NCBI GenBank assembly: GCA_965363765.1
Contig: CBDTUI010000004.1
Span: 922-64,921, forward strand
Direction of reading: 5' to 3'
Source of the DNA: an uncultured Acidimicrobiia bacterium
Lineage (GTDB): Bacteria > Actinomycetota > Acidimicrobiia > Spongiisociales > JAENVV01
Length of the DNA: 64,000 bases
The stretch's first letter is position 1. The number at the start of each line of letters is the position of its first letter. The notes under the pieces were generated by a model. The model had not been told where the DNA came from, made no database searches, and saw only the letters and a list, made by a program, of their open reading frames with translations. This document shows positions 18,841-28,967 of the stretch, piece by piece. Both the position numbers and the translations under genes were made by a program.

Positions 18841-19638
18841 ATGCATCGAAGTACGGCGTTTCTTGTGTTGGTGGTGTTGACGGTTGCGTGCTCAGGTACT
18901 GCGGGTTCGACGACTTTGCCGACCAACACCACGACCATCACGCCAACAGTTCCAACCCCGACGACGGTCGGCACAACAACGACGTTCGGTCAAACGGCCA
19001 CAACAACAACGACGTTGGTACCGACCAGCAGCACCACCGGTTCGACGTCGACAACTCTCGCAGGCGAGCCCTTCGACCTCGGACCCGGCGCGGGTGACGT
19101 GCTCGGGGTCATCGGAGTCGCCTTTGATGACGTGCTGAACGTACGCTCAGGACCGGGCACCGACCAACCGATCGTCGCACAACTCCACCCCACGTATGCC
19201 GAAATCGTCGCCACGGGTCAGCACCGTTTGCTGACTCGCACGATCTGGAACGAGGTCACAGTCGATGGAACGACCGGGTGGGCGAATTCTTCGTTTATGG
19301 CGTATCTCGGAACGGTTGACGACGCTACCGCCCGGTACGTAGCGAACACATTCGGCGGCAAGACTCCTAGCGCGGCAACCATGCTCGATCTGGGCATGCT
19401 TGTGGCGGATAGCGCCAAGTCAGAAGACCCGCCCTCCCGTATCACGGTAACGGTGGCACCCTCGACCGGGGATCTGGGTGAGGTGACAATCGACGTGGTG
19501 GGCCTTGGGGACGATGCCGTAGTCGGGTTCCGACTTCACGTCTTTGGCCAAGCGGGAGCTGACGGTTTCTCACTGAAAAGCATCGAAGAACAAGTGATGT
19601 GTGGCCGGGGGATCACCGCTGACGGCCTCTGCCCGTAA
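18841..19638 (+). CDS. Secreted (lipo)protein with a long Thr-rich linker; unknown function.
   Basis: Signal peptide AFLVLVVLTVACSG; TTTITPTVPTPTTVGTTTT... linker. Confidence 0.55.
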   Translation: MHRSTAFLVLVVLTVACSGTAGSTTLPTNTTTITPTVPTPTTVGTTTTFGQTATTTTTLVPTSSTTGSTSTTLAGEPFDLGPGAGDVLGVIGVAFDDVLNVRSGPGTDQPIVAQLHPTYAEIVATGQHRLLTRTIWNEVTVDGTTGWANSSFMAYLGTVDDATARYVANTFGGKTPSAATMLDLGMLVADSAKSEDPPSRITVTVAPSTGDLGEVTIDVVGLGDDAVVGFRLHVFGQAGADGFSLKSIEEQVMCGRGITADGLCP

Positions 19639-19965
19639 GGTAGGGATCAGAACCAGTCGCACCGAGCAAGTTACGAAAACCAGAGCCATCACTGAGGAGA
19701 AACTGGATGACCTGCAAGCTCAAACGAAGTCGCTCGATCGTCGGCCACCTGGCCTAACTGTGGAACACCATGCCGATTTCGCCGTAGCGCTCAGTCAACA
19801 CCTACTCGTTACAACCTGCGCAGACCCCGGTGACGGCCAGGGAGCCATCGCCGGCCATGTGATCTCACTGGGCTGGTGGGTCCAGCCGGGAGCCTCAGAT
19901 GATCCTGACCACGAACCGGCTGGCACCCTTTATCTCGTTGTCGACGAACGTCGACCGCGGCCCAT

Positions 19966-20745
19966 GTGGGTTCGAGAAGCTCATCTCACGTCGGTTCGCC
20001 TAGCTCCCTGATGGAATGGTTCGCCCGAGCTAGTTCGGATCCGTCTCTGGTGATCCTGGAGGGCTTTCACGCCGTGAAGCATGCACATCGTTTCGGGGCC
20101 GAACTAATCACCGTGGTTCACAGCCACGACCGTTCGCTCGACGAACTCGTTCAGACGTTGGCCCCAGAAATGTTCGAAGTGGTTGAGCGGGCAGACCAGG
20201 TCGCGGCCGAGGACTTCACTGCCCTCTTTCGCCATCCGCACCCAACCGGAATCGCCGCCGTGGCTCGACGACCGGTACCGCTAGATCCGGCCCAAATACG
20301 ACGAGATGCTCCCATCGTGCTCCTCGACCAACCCCGCCACCTCGGCAACATCGGGGCGGCGATTCGGATATCTGCGGCGGGAGGGGCAGCCGGGGTCATC
20401 GCGCTCGGAGACATCGACCCATGGCATCCGGCAGCCATGCGGGGTTCGGCCGGCTTGCATTTCGCAGTGCCGACCCTGCAGATAGACGAGCTTCCAGTCA
20501 CTAACCGGCCGATTATCGCCTTCGACCCGGACGGAGATGATGGGTCCGGATTTGTTCCGCCCAACGACGCCATCCTCGCATTCGGAAGCGAACGGACTGG
20601 CCTATCGGACGTGACCAGGCAAGCCGCTGATCGGCTGATCGCCTTCCCGATGCGCGACGGCGTCTCGAGTATCAACCTGGCTGCTTCAGTCGGAATCGGC
20701 ATATATATGTGGCGACTGCATCAACCTCGAACAGCCGACCTATAA
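19966..20745 (+). CDS. TrmH/SpoU family RNA 2'-O-methyltransferase.
   Basis: SpoU motifs HLGNIGAAIRISAAGGAAG, AFGSERTGLS, SSINLAASVGIGIY. Confidence 0.8.
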   Translation: MGSRSSSHVGSPSSLMEWFARASSDPSLVILEGFHAVKHAHRFGAELITVVHSHDRSLDELVQTLAPEMFEVVERADQVAAEDFTALFRHPHPTGIAAVARRPVPLDPAQIRRDAPIVLLDQPRHLGNIGAAIRISAAGGAAGVIALGDIDPWHPAAMRGSAGLHFAVPTLQIDELPVTNRPIIAFDPDGDDGSGFVPPNDAILAFGSERTGLSDVTRQAADRLIAFPMRDGVSSINLAASVGIGIYMWRLHQPRTADL

Positions 20746-20754
20746 GCTGATCTA

Positions 20755-21138
20755 ATGGCAGATCCACTGAAGCAATGGCACCGATTCGTCGTCGAACGAG
20801 ACATCGGGCATCTCGATGACCTACTCCACGAAAACGTCACATTCCGGCCACCCACCTATTGGAAAAACCGGGAAGGAAAACCGGTCACGATCCTCATCTT
20901 GTCAACGGTCATGGATATTTTCGAGGACTTCGAGTATCACCGGCAGTGGATCGACGACGACAACTGGGCACTGGAATTCACGGCGCGAATCGGTGACCTA
21001 GAACTCAAAGGGGTCGACCTGATCCGACTCGAAGATGGCAAGATCGTCGACTTCGAAGTTCTGATCCGACCTCCCAACGCCGTTAGTGCCCTCCGCCATG
21101 AAATGGGTGAGCGGCTTGCCGCCCTCGGAGGCTCCTGA
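20755..21138 (+). CDS. SnoaL-like / NTF2-fold protein.
   Basis: Size and the pattern WHRFVVERDIGHLDDLLHENVTF...W.LEF. Confidence 0.5.
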   Translation: MADPLKQWHRFVVERDIGHLDDLLHENVTFRPPTYWKNREGKPVTILILSTVMDIFEDFEYHRQWIDDDNWALEFTARIGDLELKGVDLIRLEDGKIVDFEVLIRPPNAVSALRHEMGERLAALGGS

Positions 21139-21222
21139 CCAGACTTGATCTAGGACCAAGGCCGATCATTGGCACGCAAGAACGACAAGGCGTTAGATCG
21201 CGACCCTGGAGGGTGCACTGAG

Positions 21223-22236
21223 CTAGGGCTTGCACTCCCAGTGGCCCCAGGCGCCGCCGGGATGACCACTGCGGATCGAGAACTTCATGAGATACGCCGC
21301 AACGGCCACATTCGCTTCAGGGTCGAGGCGCGAGTATCCATTCCAGCCCGACATGACGCTCATCCAGGCCCAGGTTCGATCAAGGAACTGGAACAGGCCT
21401 GTAGCCGTCGAGGCCGGATTTTTGGCGTTGGGGTTCCCCCGCGACTCGCAAGCCATCACCCGGAGCGCTTCTTCAACCCGGTCCTCAGGAAAGTACTTCT
21501 CAACCAGCGATCTCCACTGCTCGACCGACCCGGTCCACCGGTATTTGTCCTGGGCTTCCTTAAGGGTGGCTTGCGCCTGCCGGTACGCTTCGTCGGCGGA
21601 CTCCAGGTTGCGAAGAGCATCAGCCACCCGAGCATCGGCCAACCAAAAGAGCTCATCAAGTTCGATGCGGGTCCCAGCCAATTCGTTGTTGAGGAGCGCA
21701 AGTTCATCCACGCCTGCCTGAAGCTCGAGGGTGTGTTCAGCGAGTTCGTCCCGCTTGAGATCAAGGAGTTCGAAGACCCCTACGTCGAGTTCAGCAGCCC
21801 GCCTGATCGTCTCATTCACGACTGACACCGACTCGAAGCTTCCACTGAGGAACATACTGCTCCCGGGAGCGGCCAAACTACGGATGTAGGCGCCGACGGC
21901 TCGGTCCTGAGCTTCGTCATCAAGTGCGATGACCTCGGCTCGGATGAGATCCATGTCGGCTCGCTCCCCTGCCAGTTGCAGGCCGAGTTGCTCGAGCTCG
22001 CCATTGACGCGTTGATAGTGCGCCAACGTGAGTCCCAGCCGCAGTTCGAGGTCGGTGGCCGTCGCCCGATCGGCCACGTACGTTCCTTCGGCGACGTTGC
22101 GACTGCGTTGTGCTGCTGCAGCTAACCGTTCGGCCTTCTCGAGTTCAGTTTCGGCATTGGCGATGAGCCCACCGCTCAACAGCCCCGAAACGAGCACACC
22201 AACAAGCAGAGCCGTCAAGGCCCGGAAACGAAACAC
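21223..22236 (-). CDS. Coiled-coil protein with a C-terminal lytic transglycosylase (SLT/lysozyme-like) domain. The start is probably the GTG at VFRFR; the longer ORF to 22359 would overlap the divergent MFS gene.
   Basis: MACESRGNPNAKNPASTATGLFQF catalytic-Glu motif; long heptad-rich central region; N-terminal hydrophobic segment. Confidence 0.6.
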   Translation of the reverse strand: MFRFRALTALLVGVLVSGLLSGGLIANAETELEKAERLAAAAQRSRNVAEGTYVADRATATDLELRLGLTLAHYQRVNGELEQLGLQLAGERADMDLIRAEVIALDDEAQDRAVGAYIRSLAAPGSSMFLSGSFESVSVVNETIRRAAELDVGVFELLDLKRDELAEHTLELQAGVDELALLNNELAGTRIELDELFWLADARVADALRNLESADEAYRQAQATLKEAQDKYRWTGSVEQWRSLVEKYFPEDRVEEALRVMACESRGNPNAKNPASTATGLFQFLDRTWAWMSVMSGWNGYSRLDPEANVAVAAYLMKFSIRSGHPGGAWGHWECKP

Positions 22237-22305
22237 GTCGCGCAGGCTACCGCTGGAACATTTCGATCTGGCGGACCTCCAACCCACGGATGGCAGGGAT
22301 TCGGC

Positions 22306-23511
22306 TTGGCGCTTGATGCGGGCAAGACTGTCGAAATGACCGCGATAGTTGATCTTCATTGGCGATTGATTGCCAGCGCCGTATTGGTCATCACCGTCTC
22401 AACCCTTCCAGCGTTTATCACCGCCGCCGCTATCGCTCAGGCCGGTCCAGAGCTTGGCTACGGGGTGCAGGAACTGGGCATCCTCACGTCGATCTTCTTC
22501 CTTACGGCCGCCGTGTCGTCGTCACGGATCGGCAATCTGGTTGAGCGGATCGGCTGGCATCGGACGATGCGCTTCAACGCATTGGCCGCGTCGATGCTCT
22601 TACTCGTCATCGCCACCGCAGTTCGTAATGTATGGGCGTTAGGCATAGTCCTGGCAATCACCGCGGCGATCTATGGGGCGGCCAACCCGGCCGCCAACCT
22701 GGCGTTGGCTCGCCATATTCCCTCGGACCGCCGGGGACTCGTATTTGGTATCAAGCATGCCGGCATCCCATCCGCCAGTTTGCTGGCCGGGATTGCGGTT
22801 CCGTCGATAGTTCTCACAGTCGGCTGGCGATGGGCCTATGGATTGGGGGCGGTCATCGCGCTTGGATTGCTCTGGCTGATCCCGCCCGAGTCGACCCGAT
22901 CAATCCCAGTCGAGCCCGCCGCACAACACCAGCCGATGACCTCTCGTTGGCTGACCGTGCTCGGAATCGGTAGTGGATTCGCCACACTTGCGGCCGGCGT
23001 ACTCGGTACGTTTCATGTGGATGCGGCCATCAGCCACGGCTTCTCCGAGGCGGGCGCAGGCACGCTGCTCGCCGTTGCCTCGCTCACCACCATCGTGGCC
23101 AGAGCCACCTACGGATATCTCGCGGATCGAACCGGCTCAAGCGGACTCGGATTCATGATGTGGCTGGCTGTCATCGGTGCAACATGCTTCTTCGCCCTCG
23201 GTGCCACCCGATCAGCCTGGTTTGCGATCGTCACCCTGGCGGCGTTTTCAACCGGATGGGGATGGCCAGGCCTGCTTACCTTCGGGGTCGTCAGAGCCAA
23301 CGCCGGGCGCCCCGCCGGTTCGACGGCCATAACTCAGGCCGGCGTCTTCCTTGGCGCTGGCGCTGGACCAGCCCTATTCGGGTGGCTCATCGAAAACCGT
23401 TCTTATCAGGCGGCCTGGACCGTCACCGGCGTCAGCCTGCTTGTCGCCGCAGCGCTCGTTGGCGCGGTCCGCCAGCGCGGAATACCCGGCTCGGATAACC
23501 TTGCCCTATGA
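22306..23511 (+). CDS. MFS transporter. Start is at 22306 or 22336.
   Basis: 12 predicted TM segments; GxLaDRxG-like loop YGYLADRTGS. Confidence 0.75.
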   Translation: MALDAGKTVEMTAIVDLHWRLIASAVLVITVSTLPAFITAAAIAQAGPELGYGVQELGILTSIFFLTAAVSSSRIGNLVERIGWHRTMRFNALAASMLLLVIATAVRNVWALGIVLAITAAIYGAANPAANLALARHIPSDRRGLVFGIKHAGIPSASLLAGIAVPSIVLTVGWRWAYGLGAVIALGLLWLIPPESTRSIPVEPAAQHQPMTSRWLTVLGIGSGFATLAAGVLGTFHVDAAISHGFSEAGAGTLLAVASLTTIVARATYGYLADRTGSSGLGFMMWLAVIGATCFFALGATRSAWFAIVTLAAFSTGWGWPGLLTFGVVRANAGRPAGSTAITQAGVFLGAGAGPALFGWLIENRSYQAAWTVTGVSLLVAAALVGAVRQRGIPGSDNLAL

Positions 23512-23713
23512 AGTCGGAAGCAGACACGGTCGACGCATACACCGGGCCGAGTTCGAATCCGCGTATGCGGCGGCCGGTACACGGTACGACTGCGGCAAGA
23601 GTTGCGTGCGGTTCCGCAATCTCGACGAATTACCACTAGAAGTGGTCGGTGATGCGGTCGCAGCTATGCCGCTGGAGGTGTTCGTGAGCATCGCTAAGGG
23701 CGCCGGGGACCGG

Positions 23714-24295
23714 CTAACCACTTAGCCTGGCACTCGAAAACAACACGTGGAACGGTTCGCAGTAAATGATTACGGATCGATATTGCGAAACGTCCATGTC
23801 GGCCGGAACGTCGTAGTTCTGGTTGCCAACGTTCCCTTTTAAAGATCCCAAGTCGATGTAGTCGCCGAGATCAGCAGCCGGGTCGTCGCTCGTTGAAAGA
23901 AGGACGTGAAGGTCGGGACCGTTCGTCACTTCAAAGTCTTCGAGGCGCACGACCGTTGAGCCGTCCTCGATCTCGTATAGAGTCGCTACGCCACTCCCCT
24001 TGTGGAAGTTGTCGGCATCTTGAAACGAGCCAGACGCGAGCACCGAGGGTGTCTCCGGTGGCATCGGCTCCTCTGCCTCGACGGACGGGGCATCGGCCGC
24101 TTTGACCATCTCTGCTTCAACTTCGGCGAGCGTCATATCGTCGGGAACCTGAGCGGCTGCGGCCATAGGGAACTCGTCGTTCACTTCGTTGGTAATAAAC
24201 AGCGGCGACACCAGATACCAGGCCACTGCTGCACCGGCCACAAACCCGATTCCGACCAACCAACGGACCACCGGACGTTTCAAGAAAGCTTTCAT
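23714..24295 (-). CDS. DM13 (electron-transfer) domain protein with an N-terminal TM anchor.
   Basis: HKGSGVATLYEIEDGSTVVRLEDFEVTNGPDLHVLL matches the DM13 pattern. Confidence 0.55.
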   Translation of the reverse strand: MKAFLKRPVVRWLVGIGFVAGAAVAWYLVSPLFITNEVNDEFPMAAAAQVPDDMTLAEVEAEMVKAADAPSVEAEEPMPPETPSVLASGSFQDADNFHKGSGVATLYEIEDGSTVVRLEDFEVTNGPDLHVLLSTSDDPAADLGDYIDLGSLKGNVGNQNYDVPADMDVSQYRSVIIYCEPFHVLFSSARLSG

Positions 24296-24449
24296 TATTT
24301 ACCTCCACCTTGCTCAACCGCTCGAGGCGACGGCGGCTTCCCCAAAACGTATGAACAATCCAGGAACTCCGAGACTACCGAGCCGTACCGGAAAAATGGC
24401 GAAACGGAGCCAGCTACTCGCCGCAAAGTCGAATCGGAGGCTTGTTCAG

Positions 24450-25226
24450 TCATAGGCGGCCGGTTTCAATATCGGCCACCAAATCGACGGCGACCTGGCC
24501 ATCCAGCATGACCAACGCCAGGCCCGGGCCATCCATCAACTGGCGGGCCCGGGCCTCCAGCGAATCCAGCTGGTTGTAGACCATGTCGCCCGGGCACGAC
24601 GTGCTCGCCACGTCTCGATGGCCAAGAACCTTCTCGAGCGCCACGCCGTAGCGCGTTGATGCCCATGCCATCAGGGCAGCTACCGAACCGAGCTGAGTGT
24701 CTGTCGGCGACTGGCTATTGAACTCGCCTTCGCAACAGATCAGCAAGTGCCCGGTCGGGTCGTAGTCCGTCCCCGTATCTCCCGCCGCCCACGTCGGACG
24801 TCCCTCGTAGATGTGTCCATTGCGGTCAACCACAAAGTGATATGCGAGGTCTGGCCAGCCTTGATCGACCTGGTGGTAGGCCTGGTGTTCCCTAAGCCGG
24901 CCAGGCGCGTCGGCATTGTCGCTGAGTAGTGATCCGGTGTGATGAATCGTGACCTGTTGGATCTCGTGCTCCACGAACGTCCCGACGACGGGAGCCGCTC
25001 CCCATGCTTGCTTCGAAATCACGAGCAGTTCGACCGGTTGGGCAACAACTGGGACAGGCACCGTCTCGGCTAGTAGGACTGTCGTCGTGGTCGGTTTAAC
25101 GGACTCGAAGGAAGCCTGGCCGAGAGTCACCGGGCTGTCGGTCTGGTGGCGGTTTAACCAGCTGAAGCCGACCCCGGCTGAGCCGAGACCGAGAACGAGT
25201 TTGAGAAAGCGACGTCGTCCTATCAC
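24450..25226 (-). CDS. N-acetylmuramoyl-L-alanine amidase (Amidase_2/PGRP fold), Tat-exported.
   Basis: Tat motif RRRFLK; IHHTG...HFVVD...C.GEF...GHRD...CPG zinc-amidase pattern. Confidence 0.7.
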   Translation of the reverse strand: MIGRRRFLKLVLGLGSAGVGFSWLNRHQTDSPVTLGQASFESVKPTTTTVLLAETVPVPVVAQPVELLVISKQAWGAAPVVGTFVEHEIQQVTIHHTGSLLSDNADAPGRLREHQAYHQVDQGWPDLAYHFVVDRNGHIYEGRPTWAAGDTGTDYDPTGHLLICCEGEFNSQSPTDTQLGSVAALMAWASTRYGVALEKVLGHRDVASTSCPGDMVYNQLDSLEARARQLMDGPGLALVMLDGQVAVDLVADIETGRL

Positions 25227-25454
25227 GGCAGTCGAGGTTAGGCGAAGACCGGCGAATTAGGTCGCCAAAGGGAATCCCTCGCCCTTCCAGCCCTCAACGC
25301 CAGCGATCATCCTTTTGACCGGGCAACCCAGGCTGGAGTTCCGATTGAGGCGCGATCGGCGTCGTTGCAATGCGGGCCAACGCGCTACACGATGAACAGA
25401 GTGCCCTCACCAAGTGCGCGGGGGTGAGGTCCGGCTCCCGCTAAGGTCTGCCTC

Positions 25455-25709
25455 ATGTTCGGCAAGAGACAACGAGGCAACTACGTGCCCTCGAAGCAGC
25501 CCGAGGGCCTGATCTCTGTGCTGCAAGATCAGTCGGCCCCATTCGGCGATCGCGACGACGCCGCTATGGACCTGGCGGCATTCGACGAACCGGGGGCCCT
25601 TCTTGCCCTGGAAAGCGTCGCCGACGATCCGGCCACCGACCGCGACTTGGTTGAGAGCTGCAGGGACTCCCTTGTTGAGATTCGCCAACGATCCGCAGGC
25701 ACGGGCTAG
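25455..25709 (+). CDS. Small acidic hypothetical protein (84 aa).
   Basis: Strong G/C third-position bias in this frame; no recognised domain. Confidence 0.35.
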   Translation: MFGKRQRGNYVPSKQPEGLISVLQDQSAPFGDRDDAAMDLAAFDEPGALLALESVADDPATDRDLVESCRDSLVEIRQRSAGTG

Positions 25710-25745
25710 GCGTCCGATCACCGACTCTTCCTAGCTCCAGGTGTG

Positions 25746-26804
25746 TCAGCGGGTCCGGAGGCTACTGATTGCCTCGATCCTGGCAAGAGCCATTCGGGTG
25801 GCGGCGGCCTGCGGCGTTATCGAGAGCTCCCTGGCCGACTCTAGAATTGCCAGGGTTCGATCGCCGAGGGCCTGAACGTGGGCGATCGCCCGCTCCCGTT
25901 TGTAGCCGTGGAGTTCGTCCGCGACATTGATTACCCCGCCGGCGTTGGCCACAAAATCAGGTACATATACGATCCCCCGGTCGGCTAATCGCCGAGCGTC
26001 TTCTTCGGTGGCCAGCTGATTGTTGGCTGATCCCACGATCAACCGACAGTTCAGCTTCGGAATGCTGTCGGCGTCGAAGACGGCCCCGAGGGCGCACGGA
26101 GACAGGATGTCGACATCGGCATAGAGTATGTCTTCCTTCGGGATCTCCTTGGCGCCAAACCGATCGACGGCCCGGTCGACCGCCGGTTCCCACGTGTCTG
26201 CGACAAGAACCTCAGCCCCCGCCTCTGTGAGCAAACCCACGTAGTCCATACCGACCTTACCAACCCCCTGAACGGCCACTCTCCGGCCAGCCAGATCAGT
26301 CGATCCAAACACGAATCCAGCGGCCGCTTGGAGTGAGGAAAACAAACCGACCGCCGTGGCAGGCGAAGGGTCGCCCGACCCGCCGTTGACTGAGGACGTT
26401 CCGGCCACCCAACGAGTTTCGCGGCTCACCCATTCCATGTCTTCGGCCGTGGTACCGACGTCTTCAGCGGTGATGTAAAGGCCACCGAGCGATTCAATCA
26501 GGCGTCCATACGCTCGCAACAAGGCTTCGGTTTTGATCTGGCGGGGGTCGCCGATGATGACGGCTTTCCCTCCCCCATGGTCAAGTCCAGCTGCTGCGTT
26601 CTTGAGTGTCATTCCTTTTGACAGGCGCAAAACATCACGCAAGGCATCGTCGTCAGAGGCATACGGATAGAAACGGGTGCCACCCAGGGCCGGCCCGAGG
26701 GCGGTCGAATGGATGGCAATGATGGCCCGCAGGCCGCTTGCGTCATCAGCCCCGTAGAGGACGTGGGTATGTCCATCACGGTCTGCTGAGGAAAATACAC
26801 CCAT
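25746..26804 (-). CDS. Glu/Leu/Phe/Val dehydrogenase family (valine/leucine dehydrogenase-like).
   Basis: HGGGKAVIIGD, Rossmann GVGKVG, about 350 aa. Confidence 0.8.
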   Translation of the reverse strand: MGVFSSADRDGHTHVLYGADDASGLRAIIAIHSTALGPALGGTRFYPYASDDDALRDVLRLSKGMTLKNAAAGLDHGGGKAVIIGDPRQIKTEALLRAYGRLIESLGGLYITAEDVGTTAEDMEWVSRETRWVAGTSSVNGGSGDPSPATAVGLFSSLQAAAGFVFGSTDLAGRRVAVQGVGKVGMDYVGLLTEAGAEVLVADTWEPAVDRAVDRFGAKEIPKEDILYADVDILSPCALGAVFDADSIPKLNCRLIVGSANNQLATEEDARRLADRGIVYVPDFVANAGGVINVADELHGYKRERAIAHVQALGDRTLAILESARELSITPQAAATRMALARIEAISSLRTR

Positions 26805-26952
26805 GGTGGGGTTCCTTCCCTGGTCAGTTGGTAGTTAACGATACCGCGTGTCGTCGCGAATCGGACCCGACCGAACGCGCACAAGTCGGTAGTCATCTGG
26901 CCCTGTTGAGTGCGCACCTACGTCCTCATCGACGAATGTAACCGGCCAAGGC

Positions 26953-27303
26953 TCACTCGACGTACAAGGTCCCTTTGCGTTCGGAAACCTTGCCACGCCT
27001 CAGGGGAAGCACCGTCGTGAAGATCTTGTACGACGTACCGAGGAAAGGAATCTTGGCGAAGATGCCCTGCGGGCCGCGGGTCATACGGCCCGTGGCGACG
27101 TCATATTTGGCTCCGTGCCATGGACATACGAGACAACCGTCCGAAGCGATCGACCCGTCGGCCAGGTCGGCCAACAGGTGACGACACCGGCGGGTGACGG
27201 CGAATACGTCCTCCTGCGAGTTGCCGACCGCATACGGACCGGCCCCGACGATCTTGCCAGGGGTCAACTCCTTGGCTGGGCAAACCTCTATCTCATCCGA
27301 CAT
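26953..27303 (-). CDS. Rieske [2Fe-2S] domain protein.
   Basis: CRHLLADL (C-x-H) and CPWHGAKYD (C-P-x-H). Start chosen at MSDEIE. Confidence 0.75.
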   Translation of the reverse strand: MSDEIEVCPAKELTPGKIVGAGPYAVGNSQEDVFAVTRRCRHLLADLADGSIASDGCLVCPWHGAKYDVATGRMTRGPQGIFAKIPFLGTSYKIFTTVLPLRRGKVSERKGTLYVE

Positions 27304-27445
27304 GACGCTCCTTGAATCCGTGGTGCCAAACCCTACCCCGGGACACGTCATCGAAAACCCGGGAGTCTCCATGACAGTGACCCAACCCGAGAAGTCTGGC
27401 GATGCCGAATCTATGATCAGTGCATGAGCACTAGAGGATCCGACG

Positions 27446-28588
27446 ATGCAATTCACTGACGAGCACGATCAATTCAGAAAAGTGGTCAGGGAGTTCTTCG
27501 AACGGGAGATCAACCCACATGTTGATGCGTGGGAAGCGGACGGCATGATGCCCCTCCACAAGATTTTCAAACAGATGGGCGACCTTGGATTTCTCGGCCT
27601 CGAATACGATCCCGAATTTGGCGGCCAAGGCGCTGACCATCTGTTCACTGTCGTACTCGCCGAAGAAGCTGGTCGGGCCCACAACGGTTCTATCGGGATG
27701 GCCCTTGGCGTGCAGACTGACATGGCGACCCCGTCGTTGGCAGCATTCGGTACTCCAGAACAAAAGACCAAGTTCCTCGCTCCCGCATTGGCTGGCGATG
27801 TCGTGTGTGGGGTGGCCGTTACCGAACCCGACGCCGGTTCAGACGTGGCCGGCATCAAAACCCGGGCGGTACGCGACGGTGACGAATGGGTCATCAACGG
27901 GTCGAAAATGTACATTACGAACAGCCTGCAGGCCGATTGGCTGTGCATCTTAATGCGAACCTCCGACGAGGGCGGCTACGAAGGCATGTCCCAGGTAATC
28001 GTCGAAACAAACTCCCCCGGGTTCGAGGTCTCGAAGAAGCTCGACAAACTTGGTATGCGTGCATCCGACACCGGTCTCCTCTCCTTTACCGATATGCGCG
28101 TCCCGGTAGCCAACACACTCGGGGCAATCGGCACGGGGTTTCAGCAACAAATGTCGCAGTTCGTTGTCGAGCGAATGTGGGCCTCATACTCGTCGGTCGG
28201 CGGCATGGATCTTGCCCTAGAGCGAACCAAGCAGTACCTCCTTGAACGCCAGGCGTTCGGCAAGCCGCTTCTCAAGAACCAATACATCCAGTACAAGCTG
28301 GCGGAACTCGCTGCCGAGATCGACCTCTTGCGGCACTACAACTACGCCCTCGCCGCCTCGCACATGCGACGTGAGAACCCGGTCCGGATGGCGACCATCG
28401 CGAAACTGAAATCCGGGCGCCTGGCCAGGGAAGTCGGCGACTGGTGCCTGCAATTCCACGGTGGGATTGGCTACATGGAGGAGACATGGACCTCCCGATA
28501 TGTTCGAGACGCCCGACTGGGGTCGATCGGCGGAGGCGCCGATGAGGTGATGCTCCAGGTTCTCGCCCGGATGGACGGGTACGCCTAG
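27446..28588 (+). CDS. Acyl-CoA dehydrogenase.
   Basis: CGVAVTEPDAGSD, GSKMYITN, QFHGGIGY. Confidence 0.85.
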   Translation: MQFTDEHDQFRKVVREFFEREINPHVDAWEADGMMPLHKIFKQMGDLGFLGLEYDPEFGGQGADHLFTVVLAEEAGRAHNGSIGMALGVQTDMATPSLAAFGTPEQKTKFLAPALAGDVVCGVAVTEPDAGSDVAGIKTRAVRDGDEWVINGSKMYITNSLQADWLCILMRTSDEGGYEGMSQVIVETNSPGFEVSKKLDKLGMRASDTGLLSFTDMRVPVANTLGAIGTGFQQQMSQFVVERMWASYSSVGGMDLALERTKQYLLERQAFGKPLLKNQYIQYKLAELAAEIDLLRHYNYALAASHMRRENPVRMATIAKLKSGRLAREVGDWCLQFHGGIGYMEETWTSRYVRDARLGSIGGGADEVMLQVLARMDGYA

Positions 28589-28589
28589 G

Positions 28590-28967
28590 TCACGACGCTG
28601 GGAACTCGAGCAGTTGCAGTAGGTTCCCGTCCGGATCTCGGAACGTGGCTACCCATCCGCCCCATTTTTCGCGTTCGGCGTATCTAACGATCTCGACACC
28701 GGATTCCGCCAGGTGGGCGACAGCCGAGGCGACATCGTTCGTTGAGAAGTTGATCATGATTCGATCGGGATCGCGCGACAGCCCTGCTACTGCAGAATGG
28801 ACCGCCACTGTGAGACGCTGCTCTCCAAACACGAAGTTGATGAAGCCTTCTCGATCGGATCGGACCGGCAAGCCAAGGACTTCTCGATAGAACGCTGCCA
28901 TGGATTCGAAACGGTCCTGGCTAGTAAAGATCAGAATCCCCGCCGGCGAAACCGATCCGAGGGGCAT
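28590..28967 (-). CDS. VOC (glyoxalase/bleomycin-resistance) family protein. Its ATG shares the ATGA overlap with the upstream flavin reductase stop codon.
   Basis: FYREVLGL...FRDPDGNLLQLLE. Confidence 0.6.
   Translation of the reverse strand: MPLGSVSPAGILIFTSQDRFESMAAFYREVLGLPVRSDREGFINFVFGEQRLTVAVHSAVAGLSRDPDRIMINFSTNDVASAVAHLAESGVEIVRYAEREKWGGWVATFRDPDGNLLQLLEFPAS

Noticed and set aside
18726-18974. N-terminal 83 codons of the 254-aa minus-strand ORF (MPTVVGVGTVGVMVVVLVGKVV...)
   Set aside because: Antisense to the Thr-codon-rich linker of the plus-strand lipoprotein gene. Low-complexity V/G text is typical of reverse-strand artefacts. Only the downstream part (18210-18725) is retained.
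19601-20011. 136-aa ORF bridging the lipoprotein and TrmH genes
   Set aside because: Overlaps both neighbours, has weak third-position GC bias, and no recognisable domain. The segment is treated as non-coding (see finding), though this remains uncertain.
25227-25454. 228-bp intergenic region upstream of the amidase; examined for a small RNA or ORF
   Set aside because: No convincing hairpins, repeats or coding signal beyond a probable promoter for the divergent genes.
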